Shown here: piece after piece, positions 1 through 16,450 of the stretch
Layout: every line of letters starts with the position of its first letter
Position numbering within the stretch: position 1 is the first letter of the stretch
Assembly (NCBI RefSeq): GCF_009914755.1
Contig: NC_060930.1
Strand: one strand, 5' to 3'
DNA length: 64,000 nucleotides
Origin: the human T2T-CHM13v2.0 reference genome, Homo sapiens
Made by a program: the position numbers and the translations under genes
The notes under the pieces: model-generated
The model's database searches: none
What the model was told of the DNA's origin: nothing
The model's input: only the letters and a program-made list of their open reading frames with translations

Positions 1-1189
1 ATACTACATATTAATGTAATGATACTATATATTCACAGAGCACACTCACTTATCCCCTTTGATCCTCCCAACAACTCTATGAAGTTGGAAGGGCAGGTGT
101 TATTATCATTTGTATTATCATGTCATCTCAATTTTTATTCAAATGAATACTGTTTCTAATAAATTGCAGCTAGCTTATCCATCTAGTAAACAGCAAGTGT
201 AGGGTTCAAACTTGGGTATTCTACTGTTCTTTTTAACTATACAGAAATCTTTTTATTATACTTTTTATTATACTAGGAGTATAATACTATTTTCCTTCAG
301 GAAAATAGCAGAAATTGTTGCCTGCATAGGACATTAAATTCCAGGCTTAACATTTGAGAGCTGATCTGAAGAATGGTCAAAATTGACCCATGATAGGTAT
401 CACCATTGTTTTCTGAGCAGTTTCTTTAAGCATCATCCACAAAGCTTCAGGTAATTTATGTTTTTCAATCAATGATGTATTCCTTCATGTTTTAGCTCAA
501 CTGATGTGTGTTTGCTTGGAACATATATTGCAACCTGCCTACCCAACATATTTTCCAAGCTTGGGATCACAGTTAAACATTGTACATGTTCAGAAAATGA
601 AGAAACTAATATAACTGAACATCTGCCAGATTTAGCTATGACTGCTATGTTATAGCATTTTTTGCTTAAGAATACTGTATTAGACCAGGAATTAACAGGT
701 GCAGTGGCTCATGCCTGCAATTCTGACACTTTGGGAGGCCAAAGTAGGAAGATGTCCTGAGGCCAGGAGGCCAAGAACTCAGCCTTTAGAGCAAAACAAC
801 CGGGTATGAAAAACCAGTACTGCCTTTTACTAGTTTGGGGACTTTGAGCAAATCAATGAACTTCATGAAGGCCCAGCTTCCTCCTCTGTAAAATAGGAAT
901 AAGAATAATGATCCCTTGCAGCAGGTCTAAGAACTGGAGGAGAGATTTTGTTCAAAAAACATAAAAGAACTGAAGCTTACCCTTTCTGCACTAATGTTTC
1001 ATTTTTGCCTTAGTTTTAGGCAAGGGAGATCTTTCTAAAATGCATTGCACGTGACCCTGAATACTAAAACAGAGTTAGTGATCTTAGCTTAATCATTACT
1101 GATGACTCAGGCATTATTGTGAACAAGAACCCATCCTGCAATACAGCAATGTCTTGAAGTCCACTGACACATCAAGAGTTTGTCCTTGC

Positions 1190-1505
<316 letters not shown>

Positions 1506-2713
1506 CTAAACTATGCCCAGAGAGGTACACTTTCTCAACTACTGTGTCTACTTTCTAGTTTTTCCATTTCCCCTTCTGCTCTTGTATTTCACTTGTCCCT
1601 GCCTTGCCTGCTACTTTGGTTCCCCTGTGAACTGGGGAGCTCTACGAATTGCCGTAGAGTCACTCGGCTTTGGCAGAGTGCCTAAGGAGCTCCTAAAAAA
1701 GTAAAGTATTTTTATTTTAAGCAGATAAACTCCAAGCCATTCTATCCTCCACGCCATTGTTTCAGAGGCACTTTCCATACCTCCTACTTCTTTGACTGTG
1801 TTCCAAATAGTTACTATTGCCAAAGTGTCCTATGAATAGCAAAGTGTGATTGAAGATAATGTTTGAGTACATAAAGACAGACAAAAACCTGTGCTACCCA
1901 GATTCCATGGTTGGCTGCAGTAAGAAAAAAGAGCAAGCTGGGGCTTTGCCTAATGCCCTGGAGCCGCTGGGTATTGGGAGGTGCTTGGCCCCACCCTCCC
2001 TGTCCTCTACCCTAACTCCACCTTGGGTGTTGTTGCTGAGGCCACTGTCACCTTAGGCTTCAGGGAGCTGCATAGTGTTAACCCCTCGACCCAAGACTTT
2101 ATATTTGCCTTGGAGACCAATTGGAATCTCCCTCAACTCTTGTATTTTTCCCTTACTTTTCACTCTGTTCTGCGGCCCACTTCCCAGGGCCAATGATAGT
2201 ACCAAGCACAACAATGTTTTGGAATGAATGGGTGGATAGTTTCCTGGCAATCAATGCAGCCAGCTGAACTCATGACTGTCTCTTCTCTTCTCACTTAAGT
2301 CCTCATGACCCAGCTTGTTGTTCTGAGTCTGTGTGGGCTTCCGTCAGCACATTAGACTGGCCAGCCCTAAATGCTGAGTGTACAGTGAAATGTTATTTAT
2401 AGCACTAAAGTAGGTATTTGCCCCTATTCATTAGGCTCTCTTCTTATACTCCTAATGTATCATTGCTGCAACTTTCATTTCATTTTTAAACACTTTTCCA
2501 TCATTATTGATTGATCTCCTTGAGTATCCTGTAAAGTAAGTTTTGATGTTCACAGAGATCACAAAAAAATCTACTAATAAGCACTCATGTCAGTTTCAAA
2601 GAAGGGGCCATCAAACTTAGCTGACCACAGGATTTGTTTTGTGTACATCCTTTAGAAGAAACCTTCCCCAGATTACTGTTCGGGAAACAGTGCTTTTGCT
2701 TATGAAAATGGAC

Positions 2714-3490
2714 TCAACGTTCAGCAAATATTTATTAAAGAACTATTATTTATAAACACTGTTCTAGGTGTTTGGGATACACATCAATTAACAAACAAAA
2801 TCATTCCCATCACAGAGCCTACACTCTGCCAGGGAAAGACATCAATGAAAAACATTTAAAATAATATTATGATGTTAGATGATAATAAGTGCATAGAAAA
2901 ACAGAAAAGCACAGCAGAGTAAATACTGCAGCCCATATGTTGCATTATTTAATAGGGTGGTCAAGATTGGCCTCATTGAGAAGGCCACATTTAATCAAAG
3001 ACTGGAAGGAGGTGAAGGAGTTAACCAAATAGATTTCTAGGTAAAGCACATTCCAGAAAGAGGAACCATCTAGAGCAAAGGCCCTAAAACAGGAGCAGGC
3101 CTGGCAAAATGGAAAAACATTTGTCTGGCCAGTAAGGCTGGAGCAGAGTGACTGAGGAGAGAGAGAAAGGAAATGAACCCAAGAGGTATGGGGAGGCAGC
3201 CCACGGGAGATTGGGGCCATTGCAAATGGCTTGAGCTGTTCCTCTGATTGCTATGGGAGTTATTGCTGGGATATGAGCTGAGGATTATATATTATATCTG
3301 GTTTATATATATATATTTTAAATCACTCTGGCCACATGTTGAGAACAGACAGTGAGGAACACAAAGAGTGAAGCAAGGGAACCAATTAAGAGGCTATTTC
3401 AGGACTCCAGACAAGAAACTGGAGTGGGAGGAGTGGGGATGGTAACAGGGAAGAAGATGAGAAGTGATGAGCTTCTGGCTACAAATCTTG
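2714..3490 (-). mobile_element. L2 LINE 3' region (L2a-like)
   Basis: Starts with typical L2 tail complement TTCAGCAAATATTTATT...TGTTCTAGGTG; purine-rich degenerate body. Confidence 0.75.
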
Positions 3491-3539
3491 GATGATAATG
3501 TGTCTTGGTTCGTTTGGGCTGCTGTAACAAAATACCTTA

Positions 3540-3850
<311 letters not shown>

Positions 3851-4029
3851 CTAGGTAATTTATAAGCAGAAATTTATTGTTCACAGTTCCGGGGGCTGGA
3901 AAGTTCAAGATCAAGGTGCCAGTAGATTCAGTATCTAGTGAGGCATTGCTCTCAGCCTCAAAGAAGGCACCTTCTACCTGTGTCCCCACTTGTCAGGAGT
4001 GAACAAGTTCCCTTGGGGCTTTTTTATTT

Positions 4030-4521
<492 letters not shown>

Positions 4522-5662
4522 CTCTGGCCGCTTTTATAAGGGCACTAATCTCATTCATGAGGCTGGAGCCTTTATGACCTAATCACCTCCCAAAAGCCCC
4601 ATCTCTTAATACTACGGCATTGCAGATTATGTTTCAACATAACAATTTTGGGGGCATGCATTCAGACCAAAGCATAATGCCTATGTCCTACCACATTGGA
4701 GTTATTGCCAAAAATAGAACTAACCCTACCCACTTTGGACTCGTTTTATTGCTTTTTCTTTTTTTTCAACCTCTGCATGTAGCATTCAAACCTTTATTGC
4801 TTAGAGTCTTTTATTGCAAGAGAAGGCAGAGGGGAGCCAACTTAATCACTTACATGCTTTTGAGCATTATACTTTAAAAGTTATTTCCGTTAATATTAAA
4901 CACAGTAAAGGAGAATTATCTCACTTTATACCTACCAATAATTCAAGACATTTTTCAGCATATTCATTTGCTAGCATCTTTGGTTAGCATATTTATTTAT
5001 TAAGTTGAAGTTGACAGAGGCATATTTTGCATATTGCTTGTGCAGACACATATGTATCCTAGATCCCACCAAAGCCACTCTGTCTTGTGGAATTCAGATA
5101 AATTAACCCAAGCCAAAGATTGTATATTGTATGCAAAGTCCTATGCCAGCTGCAAGATTTTACCAATGCCTGGGCATTTCTCTCATCTAGACCCCTGTTC
5201 CTGGTCCTTCTGGGTCCTCACCTGCTTCTCTCTTTCCCTCCATCCACATTTAGCATCTGTGTGTGACCATATATTGAAGACGTAAAAGGACCAGGGAATC
5301 CATGTTGCAGACATTCAAAAGCCTTAACATTCCATAATGGATGTCACTATTTCTAAAAGATGCTTCGGCATCCCTTCTACTAGCAAATTTTGCACTTTCT
5401 CCTTTCTCTATAGGTGCAGCCCCAGCTAGGTTCCTTGGTTACTCCCTCCCGCCCTATTCTCCTCCCGACTCCCCTCTGCTTTCCTCTATACCTAAATTCT
5501 TTCATGTTTAATTTAAAACTACTAACCTATCTCTTTGCCTACCAAGCTGCTTAAAATCCAGCCCCTAAAGGAGCTTATTGTTTCCCTCCATAAACAAGAC
5601 CATTCTGAAAGAAATTCTCCTACTAGTTGTGAACATTTTACATTTTCCTCCAATTCTCACAC

Positions 5663-6121
5663 TGATAGAGCTCAGATCATATCCAACAAAGCATCTTGGC
5701 ATTTGAGAAAATGACAGAGGCAGAAGGTCACTCTCACTTTCCCTTCACCTTTCTTTGCTGAAGCAGGTCATAAAACCTTCATTCAAGAGGTGCCCTCCCT
5801 GAAGCTGGGAGAAGACACAGGGACACAGAGAGGAATCTGAACGCACGTGCCTTGCTAAGCTCCCCCAGTTTATTTCCATTAGATCAGACGCCCTTTGACC
5901 AATCACACTTCCACAGGAGTATCCACTTCATCAAGCCTAAGCATAAAAACACACAGGTTTCCCTGTGTCTTTGGGTCTTTATTTCTTAAGGCTCCTGTGT
6001 CATGTGTAACTTACATTAAATAAATGCAGATGCTTTTCTCCTGTTGATCTGCCTTTTGTTATAAATGCCTCAGCCATGAACCTAGTAATGAGTGAGGAAA
6101 AGAAATCCTTCCTCCCCTACA
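5663..6121 (+). mobile_element. ERV1-class solo LTR (MER34/MER39/MER77-like; subfamily uncertain)
   Basis: TG...CA ends, AATAAA near 6019, 3' end CTTCCTCCCCTACA typical of this group. Confidence 0.65.
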
Positions 6122-6375
6122 ATGCCTATAAACCGAAACTTCCTGGGCTACAGCGTTCAAATAACACTGCCCCATGAACTTTGTCGATTTTTTTAAACCT
6201 TATTTAGTGAGAGATATGTCATATGTATGTGTAATCATATATATAATTTAAACAAAAATAGACTATTAGTTTAATAGATGTAGTAGATTTTTTAAAACTT
6301 TAGTGAGAGATATATCATATGTATAATATATATAATTTAAACAAAAATAGTCTATTAATATCATAATATATATAA

Positions 6376-6673
6376 TTTTTGTTTGTTTGTTTTTTTAGAT
6401 GGAGTCTCACTCTGTTGCCCAGGGTGGAGTGTAGTGGCGTGATCTGGGCTCACTGAAACCTCCACCTCCTGGGTCAAGCAATTCTCCTGTCTCAGCCTCC
6501 TGAGTAGCTGGGATTACAGGTGCCTGCCACCATGCCCAGCTAGTTTTTGTATTTTTAGTAGAGACGGGGTTTCACCATATTGGTCAGGCTGGTCTCAAAC
6601 TCCTGACCTCAGGTGATCCACCCGCCTTGCCTCCCAAAGTTCTGTAATTACAAGGCATGAGCCACTGTGCCCA
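6376..6673 (-). mobile_element. AluS
   Basis: Full antisense Alu. Confidence 0.95.
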
Positions 6674-6775
6674 ACCAATTTTATATATATATAAATACAT
6701 ATAATATATATACACATATATAATTATATATAAAATTATATATATATAAAATAATTTAAAATAGCCTAATAGTCT

Positions 6776-6953
6776 ATTAGCCTGGTGTGGTGGCACACAC
6801 CTGTCGTCCCAGCTACTTGCAAAGCTGAGGCTGGAGGGATGCTTGAGCCCAAGAGCCCAGGAGTTTGAGGCTGCAGTGAGCCAAGATCATGCCATTGCAC
6901 TCCAGCCTGGGCAACAGACCAAGACCCTGTCTTAAAAAAAAAAAAAAAAAAAA
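6776..6953 (+). mobile_element. AluJ right arm/FRAM
   Basis: Right monomer with A-tail. Confidence 0.9.
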
Positions 6954-7639
6954 GTCTAATAAAACAGACACCCATTTTAAGAAGTAAAACATCAGAAATT
7001 CCATCCACAGTGTTCTTCAAGCCAAGCAAGCACCCCACCCCACCCGCCCCTACTGCCCCACGTACTCAAGGACTTTCTGAGGGCACATAGGCATCAACCA
7101 TTAAAATGGTTGGTGTTAGGAATCTACTAGGAATTATTAGATACCTCAATTCCATATATACTTTTTCCTGCAACCGATTTGCCTGACGACTCCTGAGTTC
7201 ACAATAGCTCTCCTTGCACTTGACCAAGGCATTCATTGTAAATCTCACAATAGAACAGGGGCCCTGGGTGAGAACCAGCTCAGCTCCAGATGATCCCTGT
7301 CTCCTGAGGGATTAAGTAAGGCCCCATAAACCTACAGGACATTCTGTGTCTCCCATTTTATACATACTCCTGTAAAGGGTCAAGCATGGTTTTTAGAATT
7401 GAGTATTTGGGGCCCTGTTAAGATGTTCTCAATTCAGACATATGATGGTGATAAGGACAAAGGCATGGGGGATGACCATGAAAACTTTCACCTCTTCCTT
7501 CCCCAGCCCATTTTCAAGAATGAGGAAGTGTCCTGGGAGAGAAAACAGAAAGAGAGGGGGTAAGAAATACTCAGCACTAAGTACTTGGGCTTTTATTTTC
7601 TGTATAAGTAGAAGAACTTCTTTTCAGCTATGCTCAGTA

Positions 7640-9053
7640 CTTTCTTAGGATGTGTCATTTACCGGAAATAAAAACATCTTGATCAGCTGAAACAGAAAGG
7701 GTGATTTTGGTTTTTTTCAATGTAACTGGAATATTTTTGGGAACTGCCAAAATTTTCATGATAACTTTGGATAAAAATCCAAAGATAAAACTTGTATGGA
7801 ATTTCTTTCAGCTTTGGTATGTGTTATTCAAGGTAGTAATTAAAACCTATTTTAGCAATTAAGAAATGTTTTGTAATTAAAGTGATTTTTCATTTTATTT
7901 CATCCTATAAAATGCTTACCATTTTCTATCTCTATGAATAAAAAAATTTTTAAATAAAGTAACCCCTAGTCCCTGCAGTTCTTACCAGTGTAAACTTTTA
8001 TCTTTGTTAAAACCATTTTCTTACCATTTTCTACCTCCTATGAATAAAAAATTTTTAAATAAGGTAATCCCTAGTCCCTGCCGTTCTCACCAGTATAAAC
8101 ATTTATCTTTGTTAAAACCATAGAAAAAGCAAAATCATTATTCTTCTCATCAAGAGATGTATTTCCATTAAATTTTACTTTTTATGTTTAATGATTATCA
8201 ATATTTATAATGTTTTTATGGATTTTTGATAAAATGTGTACTGATAATAATCATAAAGATAACTCAAAGAATTTTTATCCTAGAGCTTTCTAACTTCAGG
8301 AAATGAGATAAATGTTAAGAATTACAATTATGAGCATATTTTGTTTTGAATAAATACGATGGTGTTAACAGAAGACATTCAACCATAAAATGTATTATAT
8401 TAGGATAAAAGTCTATGGAGGAATAGACTAGAAATAGGACTCAAGTAGAAAAGAAGAAGAATTACTTTTGTAATGCTAAAGAGCTTATTCATGAATGTTT
8501 TCCATTGTTGGATGGTATTAGTATCAACTTATAGTTTTAGATTCCATAGGATACTCTTAAAAGAGATACAAGGTTTATTTTAAAATTTATTTATGTATTT
8601 ATTTTTAGAGACAGGGTCTTTCTCTGTCACCCAGGCTGGAATTGCAGGGGCCCAATCATAGCTAACTGCAGGCTCGAATTCCCAGGCTCAAGCAACCCTC
8701 CCACCTCAGACTCCTGAGTAGCTAGGACCACAGGTGCGTGCCACCACAACTGGCTACTTTTTTAATTTTTTTGTAGAGATGGGGATCTCACTATATTACC
8801 CAAACTGGGCTCAAACTCCTGGGCTCAGACAATCCTCTTACCTCGGTGTTGGGATTTACAGGCATGAGCCACTGCGCCCGGCCTATTTTATTTTTGAATG
8901 TCAATATTTGCAACATGCTAGAATTTACATTCTTTGCAACTATTGCAATTTATGATGAAAAATTTTAGATGTTGACTTTAAAATGTAGGAGCAAATTCAT
9001 AGTTTTTCAAAATTCTTTAAGGGAGAAGTGAACAAAATGTTCGAAAGCCAGTG
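7640..9053. mobile_element. hAT-Charlie DNA transposon remnant
   Basis: AT-rich body; end TAGTTTTTCAAAATTCTTTAAGGG...GAAAGCCAGTG resembles a Charlie terminus. Confidence 0.5.
8590..8883 (-). mobile_element. AluJ
   Basis: Diverged full Alu with J-type positions. Confidence 0.9.
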
Positions 9054-10084
9054 CCTTTATGAAACCTTAGATGCCCCTTCTCACTGTGTCACCATCTTCC
9101 TAAAGCAAAAATGATTCGAATTTTGTGTTATTTACTTTCTTCTTTTTGTAGCTTTATCTCATACGTACATATCTCTAGGCATATGTTGTTGGGTTTATCT
9201 GTTTTGACTTTTGTGTGACTCCTCTGTTACTTGTCGGTTTCTTTTTTCTTTTTACTCAATATTACATTTGTGAGAGTCATCCATACAAGATATGTTAAAA
9301 TAGCTTAATCATTTTCACTGCTGTATAATATTCTTTTGAATAAACTATACCACAATTCATTTAACAATTATTTGGTCAATTGACATTTGAGTGGTTTCCA
9401 GATTTCTAGTTTTATTTTTTATTTTTCATTATTATTATTTTTAGAGTCAGAGTCTCACTCTGTCACCCAGGCTGGAATCATGGCTCACTGCAGCCTCAAA
9501 CTCCTAGGCTCAAGCGATCCTCCCACCTCAGCCTCCTGAGTAGCTAGGACTATAGGTGCACACCACCACACCCAGCTGAGATTTTTAGTTTTAATGCTGT
9601 CATGAATATTCTTGACTCCTGGTAACCAAGTACAACAATTTTTCTATAGTATATACTTAGGAGTGAATATTTCTGGGTCATGGCCTGAATGCACATTCAA
9701 CATTACAAAATAAGGCCAAATTGTTTTCCAAAGTGATTGTACCAGTTTAACCTACCTCTAGCAGTGTGTCAGACTACAGATGTCCCAGATTCTCACTAAC
9801 ACTTGGTATTGTCAGTCTTTTTGATTATTGCCAAACAGGAGAGAGTGAGGTGCTTTTATTATTTTTTATTTGTATTAATGAAGGCAAACATCTCTTCATT
9901 TGTTTCTTGACCATTCATTTCTCTTCTTCTCTGAAATATGTATTCATGCCTACGTTATTGCATAATTTTTATGTTTTGTCTATTTCCTTATTTTTTCAGG
10001 TCTAGTGCAGTGTAATTGACAAACAAAAACTGTATATAGTCAAGATGTGCAACCTGATAATTTTTAGGACATATTGGTTTATCT

Positions 10085-10528
10085 GACAGTTAATTTAATG
10101 TGTCAACTTGATTAGGCTAAGGGATGCCCGGTTAGCTGACAAAATATTAATTTCTGAGTGTGTCTGTAAGTGTTTCTGGAATAGATTAGCAGTTGAATTG
10201 GTAGGTTGAGCGAAGATCTCCCTCACCATTGTAAGTGGGCATCCTCTAAACTGTTAAGGGCCCAAATAGAACAAAAGGGAAAAGGAAGGGCAAATTTGTT
10301 CTCTTTCATTGAGCTGGGACATCCTCTTTCCTCTGCCCTCAGACATAAGCACTCCTGGTTCTTGGGCTTTTGGACTTGGACTGGGATCTATACAATTGGG
10401 TCTCTGGTTCTCGGGCTTTTGAGGTTGGACTGGAACAACATCACTGGCTTTTCTGAGCTCCCAGCTTGCAATGGCAGACTGTGGGACTTTCCAGCCTCCA
10501 TAAACATGTGAGCCATACCTTCACAATA

Positions 10529-10572
<44 letters not shown>

Positions 10573-10633
10573 TCCACCTATCTATCCATCCATCCTGTTG
10601 GTTCTGTTTCTCTGGAGAACCCTGACTGGTATA
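10085..10633 (+). mobile_element. MLT2B-type ERVL solo LTR with (TCTG)n(TCTA)n microsatellite
   Basis: GTTAATTTAATGTGTCAACTTGA start; TTGGTTCTGTTTCTCTGGAGAACCCTGAC end. Confidence 0.85.
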
Positions 10634-10634
10634 G

Positions 10635-10958
<324 letters not shown>

Positions 10959-11643
10959 TAACATATTTTAAAGTTTGGTTTTATATTTAAGTCATTGGCT
11001 AATCTGGAATTAATTCTTGGGTATAATATGAGGTAGAGATCACATTTAATTTTTTTCCACATAGATAATCATTTTTCCCAGAGCCTTTTTATTTTTTCTC
11101 CCCTTTTTCCCCCATGATCTACAATTCCGGTTTTGTCCTATATCAAGTTTATATTTATGCATTGATCTGTTTCTAAGCTCACTATTTTATTCTACTGTTT
11201 GTCTACCCTGAGCTTATATCCCAATGTCATAATGACTACATATGTGTTTTAAATCTTGGTATCTGGTGGGACAAGTTCTCTGACATAGTTCTTCAGGAGC
11301 ATATTGACTGACCTGGGATGTTCCTCTTCCACGTGTATTTTACAACCAGTTTGTTGATTTCATGAAAAACTCCATTGGGATTTGGTTGGAATTTTACTGA
11401 ATCTATTTCTCAATCTGTGGAGAATCAAAATCTTTATGATAGTTCTTTTGCTCTTTTGCTCCATAAGTATGATATTTCTCTCCACTTATTCAACTCTTTT
11501 TTAAGATTTTGAATAAAGTTTTATAATTTTCTGCATAAATCTTATAATTTTTATTAGATGTATTTCAGAACTTTACATTTTCTGTCACAATTATAAATGT
11601 TCTCCTTTTTTTAACATTACTTGTTCTGTTTGTTGCAATTTAC

Positions 11644-11953
11644 TTTTTTTTTTTTTTTTTTTTTTTTGAGATAGGATCTAACTGTGTAGCCCAGGCTGGA
11701 GTGACGTGGTGCAATCATATCACACTGCAACCTCAACCTTCTGGGCTCAGGCAATCTTCCTATCTCAGCCTCCTGAGTAGCTAGAACTACAAAGGCCACA
11801 CCACCAGGCCTGGCTAATTTTTAAAAAAAATTTTGTAGAGATAGGGTCACGCTTTGTTGCCCAAGTTGTTCTTGAACTCCTGGCCTCAAGTGACCCTCCT
11901 ACCTTGGCCTCCCACAGTGCTGGGATTACAGGTGTGAGCCACCACACTCAGCC
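11644..11953 (-). mobile_element. AluJ
   Basis: Full antisense Alu. Confidence 0.9.
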
Positions 11954-12215
11954 TAGACTGATAAATTTCTTCTTCTTATTCTGTTAAACTGGCTAGGCCC
12001 TCTAATACTTTTATAAAGAATTTGATAAGATATAGTCCTTCTTCTTGGAGTGCTTCACTGGGGGAAATAAACACATCAATATCGTACAGTGTGACAGGAT
12101 ATAGTAACAGTTTGTATAAGGTGTATGGAAACTAAGGCAATATTTAATTCCTCCTTAGAAAACAGGGATCAGGTCCTGCTATGTGTTTATCATTGTAGCT
12201 TAAAAGTACAAATTC

Positions 12216-12522
12216 GCCGGGCGCAGGGCTCACGCCTGTAATCCCAGCACTTTGGGAGGCCGAGGCAGGCAGATCACGAGGTCAGGAGACCAAGACCATC
12301 CTGGCTAACATGGTGAAACCCCGTCTCTACTAAAAATACAAAAATTAGCCGGGCGTGGTGGCATGGCAGGCGCCTGTGGTCCCAGCTGCTTGGGAGGCTG
12401 AGGCGGGAGAACAGCGTGAACTCGGCAGGCGGAGCTTGCCGTGAGCTGAGATCTGCCATTGCAGTCCAGCCTGGGCGACAGAACGAGACTCCGTCTCAAA
12501 AAAAAAAAAAAAAAAAAAAAAA
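12216..12522 (+). mobile_element. AluY
   Basis: Diagnostic GATCACGAGGTC, ACCATCCTGGCTAAC, GGAGCTTGC; TSD AAAAGT(A/G)CAAATT. Confidence 0.9.
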
Positions 12523-12574
12523 GTGCAAATTAACATTTTACAAATTGAAGTCAGTTATATAAGCATTCACAATA

Positions 12575-12915
<341 letters not shown>

Positions 12916-13226
12916 TGAAATAGGAAGACAGATATAAAACCAAGAATCATTTTATTTATTGAACATAAACCTATAACGCTCTTACCCAACATTGTCCCAG
13001 GCCATACAGATACAATGTTGTGCAGACACCGTCCCTGCTGTTGGTTATTAACTGAGTGGGGGAGAGGGGGCACTCTATTTAAAGACTGAAAAGTCTTCCT
13101 GTCAACTGGTTTTTCCAAGAAAATAACAAACATATGGGACTCATGTGTAACCCATGACAGATACTATGGAAATACCATATTGGTTGAAACTTTTGCTCGT
13201 TATTGATTTAAAATCTGCCTTTCTGA

Positions 13227-13328
13227 CGGAGGTTTGCAGTAAGCCAAGATTGCACCAATGCACTCCAGCCTGGGTGACAGAGTGAGACTCTGTCTCAAAA
13301 AATAAAATAAAAATAAAATAAAATAAAA
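13227..13328 (+). mobile_element. 5'-truncated Alu
   Basis: Last ~70 nt of Alu plus (AAAAT)n tail; TSD AAAATCTGCCTTTCTGA. Confidence 0.9.
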
Positions 13329-13881
13329 TCTGCCTTTCTGAAACTCTTAACGACTATTCCTAATTCTGCCAAAGAAAAGAAAATGATAAAATAAAATATA
13401 TTTTCTTCCATTTGACAGTAATTAAAGTATGTGGAAGACATTTTTTCTCTCTTCTAAGCCTTCGTTTTTCTTGGCTGAACCTCTATTTTTTCAAGAATAG
13501 GGTGATGTTAAATCCTGTGCTCTCCTAGCCACCCTCCTCCTGAGAGCCCATGTTTATCCCTGTCTCTCATGAAAACCATCCTTCAAAACTGAAAATTATC
13601 TCCCAAGTGATATATAACCAGTGCAGAGTAGATGGAAACTATCATCAGCTATTTGTGGAAGTTAAAAATATCCCTTTCGGACAGAAGTGAATTTCCATCG
13701 GTTCATTTGGTTCCTCAGTGTAGAACTCAGACCTATCTTTATGTATTTCAGGAAATCAGATTTCAATTTCATACAAGTAAGAACTTCTACTGCGAGCCTT
13801 TTTCACACAAATAACTGTTAGACCATGTCTCCCAATCCTATACTTACCAATTAGTACTTACCCTTTGTAGTCATGTTTTCA

Positions 13882-14400
13882 TTGTTTCTTTCAGTTGCAA
13901 ATGACAGGAATCCCAATTCAAATATTCTTAGAAAATTAAAAAAAAAAAAAAAACAGGAAGGAGATTTACTGGCTTTTACATAATCCAGTCAGATAACTGG
14001 AAGTCCAAGGGCATTTACCCTTCAGACGCCTCTCAGTGCAGGCCCTCAATGTTTTGAGGATTGGCCTTTTGACATCTTCCGGGTTTCCTTTCCTCTATGA
14101 AGGCTCTGTGCTCAAGCAGTGCTCCCCTTAAGGTGGCAAGGTGGCTGCCTGGAATTTGGGGTTAGCACCCTATCCTCTCACCAACCAGAGTGATTCTGTC
14201 TTCCCAACAGAAATCCCAGGATGGGGTCTCATTGGCTCTGGGCGGGTCTCGTGACATCTCTGAACCAAGCAAGGGATGCACCTCTCTAATTGGCCAGGCC
14301 TGTACCATGTGCCCATCCATGGATCTAGAAACTGAATTAGCTCAACCCAATCTCAACCCAATCCTTTTAGACCGAAAGTGGGGGAAGGGTAGTTTCCTAA
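13882..14400 (-). mobile_element. Old MaLR LTR (MLT1J/K-like)
   Basis: TTTCAGTTGCAAATGACAGGAATCCCAATTCAAA...ATAACTGGAAGTCCAAGG...CTCTAATTGGCCAGGCC. Confidence 0.65.
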
Positions 14401-16039
14401 AGAAGGGAGAATGGTTATTAGGCTTTCAATAAAAACAGATGTCTATTTCAGCTCTACATTTTGGTTATATGAACCCCTGTTAAATATTTTTCTAATTCCC
14501 ATTAGAAATGGGAATCCCATTTTCCTAATTCTAATGTCAGTGTCTTCAATAGCTTGCTCTACGGTTTTGGTTAAATCATTTAACCCCTCTGAGTTAATTT
14601 ACTCACTAAAATGAAGGAGAGAAGAAAGTGAAATAATCCTAAAGCTCTTTTCACTCTCAATTCCCTCATTTTGTGATATATGTGTTAAGTGAGTGGAGGG
14701 AAACAAGATTTAAATGTATTCTCAATTGAAAACAATGATCATATTAAAATTCCTGTGGCTACAGGGTTTTTCAAGTGTGCTAGCTCCCTGGGAATCCCTA
14801 AATTAAATTCTAGAAATTGTCGTTGAGTGCCTACAATCAATTAATTGGCAAGCACTCTTATAAATGGAAAAAGGCTCTTGGGAAGTATTCAAGAGAGGAA
14901 TTCTGATTTCATAATTGCAAATGATCACCAAAAAAGAAAAGAAGATGGGAATCTAAAGAAATAGCTTTAATTGCAGGCTCTATTAAACTCTGAGTTTTCA
15001 AAAGATAAGAAAGATAGGAGGAAAAAAAAAAGCAGAAGGGAAAAATGATATTGACCTATAAGAAATACCAGGAAATCCACAATCCAGAATAATCTGAGGC
15101 GTGCCTTGTGAGATACGGCACGGTGTGTGAGAAAGACAAACAGAGGTTTGGATTTAGAAGAACTGCATGTACAGGTTGTCTCTGCACTTACTGTTTGCTG
15201 GTTGCAGAAACCTGAGCAACTTACTGGCCCATCTGAGCCTGTTCCTCCTCTGTAAAATGGATATAAAATTAAGGATCACATAAAATTAAACCCCTGACAC
15301 TAAAAAGTCACTCAATGGACTCTCCTTCTTTCTTCAATAGGCCTGACCTTGTAAACATTTGTTTCCATGACTTGTCTAAAATCATAGAGACATTCCCTTG
15401 ATACCATAAATGATATGAAACTAAAGGGATAGGAATTATATTAGATAACAGTTGAAGTCCAGAAAGATCTTCTATTACCAACAGTCCTTCAGCCTTAGTG
15501 TTTTGAAAGTCCTGTTTTGGAGATAAGGAGATCAAGTAACTTGCATGAATTTATATAAAGCAAATAAGTGGCAGCATGGATCTTTGGTATCCCTTAAACA
15601 ATTGGAACCTCGGTTGCCACAACTATAAAATTCAAATAATTATATTTACCTATTTTATACATTATTCTGAAAAGCAAATTAAATCTCTTTGCAGAAAACT
15701 TAAAATATAAAGCACTGTATAAAACTGCTCATTCAGGGATGCCATGTGCAGATGTGCATTGCACAAAGGGCTGCATAGAAGGGGACACCGTTCACTTTAT
15801 AGACATAGATTTGTACGTGTAGTGCAACAGCTTGCTGATTGGTGGCAACAAAATGCCTCATGATACAAAATTGATAATTAACAATTTCCAACGGAAGAAA
15901 ATGTCTTGAAAAGAAAGAGCCCTTTTTTTTCCTAATTTGCACAAAAGTACCTTAAAAGCTAGCAATGTTCCCATGGTTAGTTATTACAATTAAGTCCAAA
16001 ACACAGAATAAATGTTATACATAAAAACTATAGAGAAGA

Positions 16040-16450
<411 letters not shown>

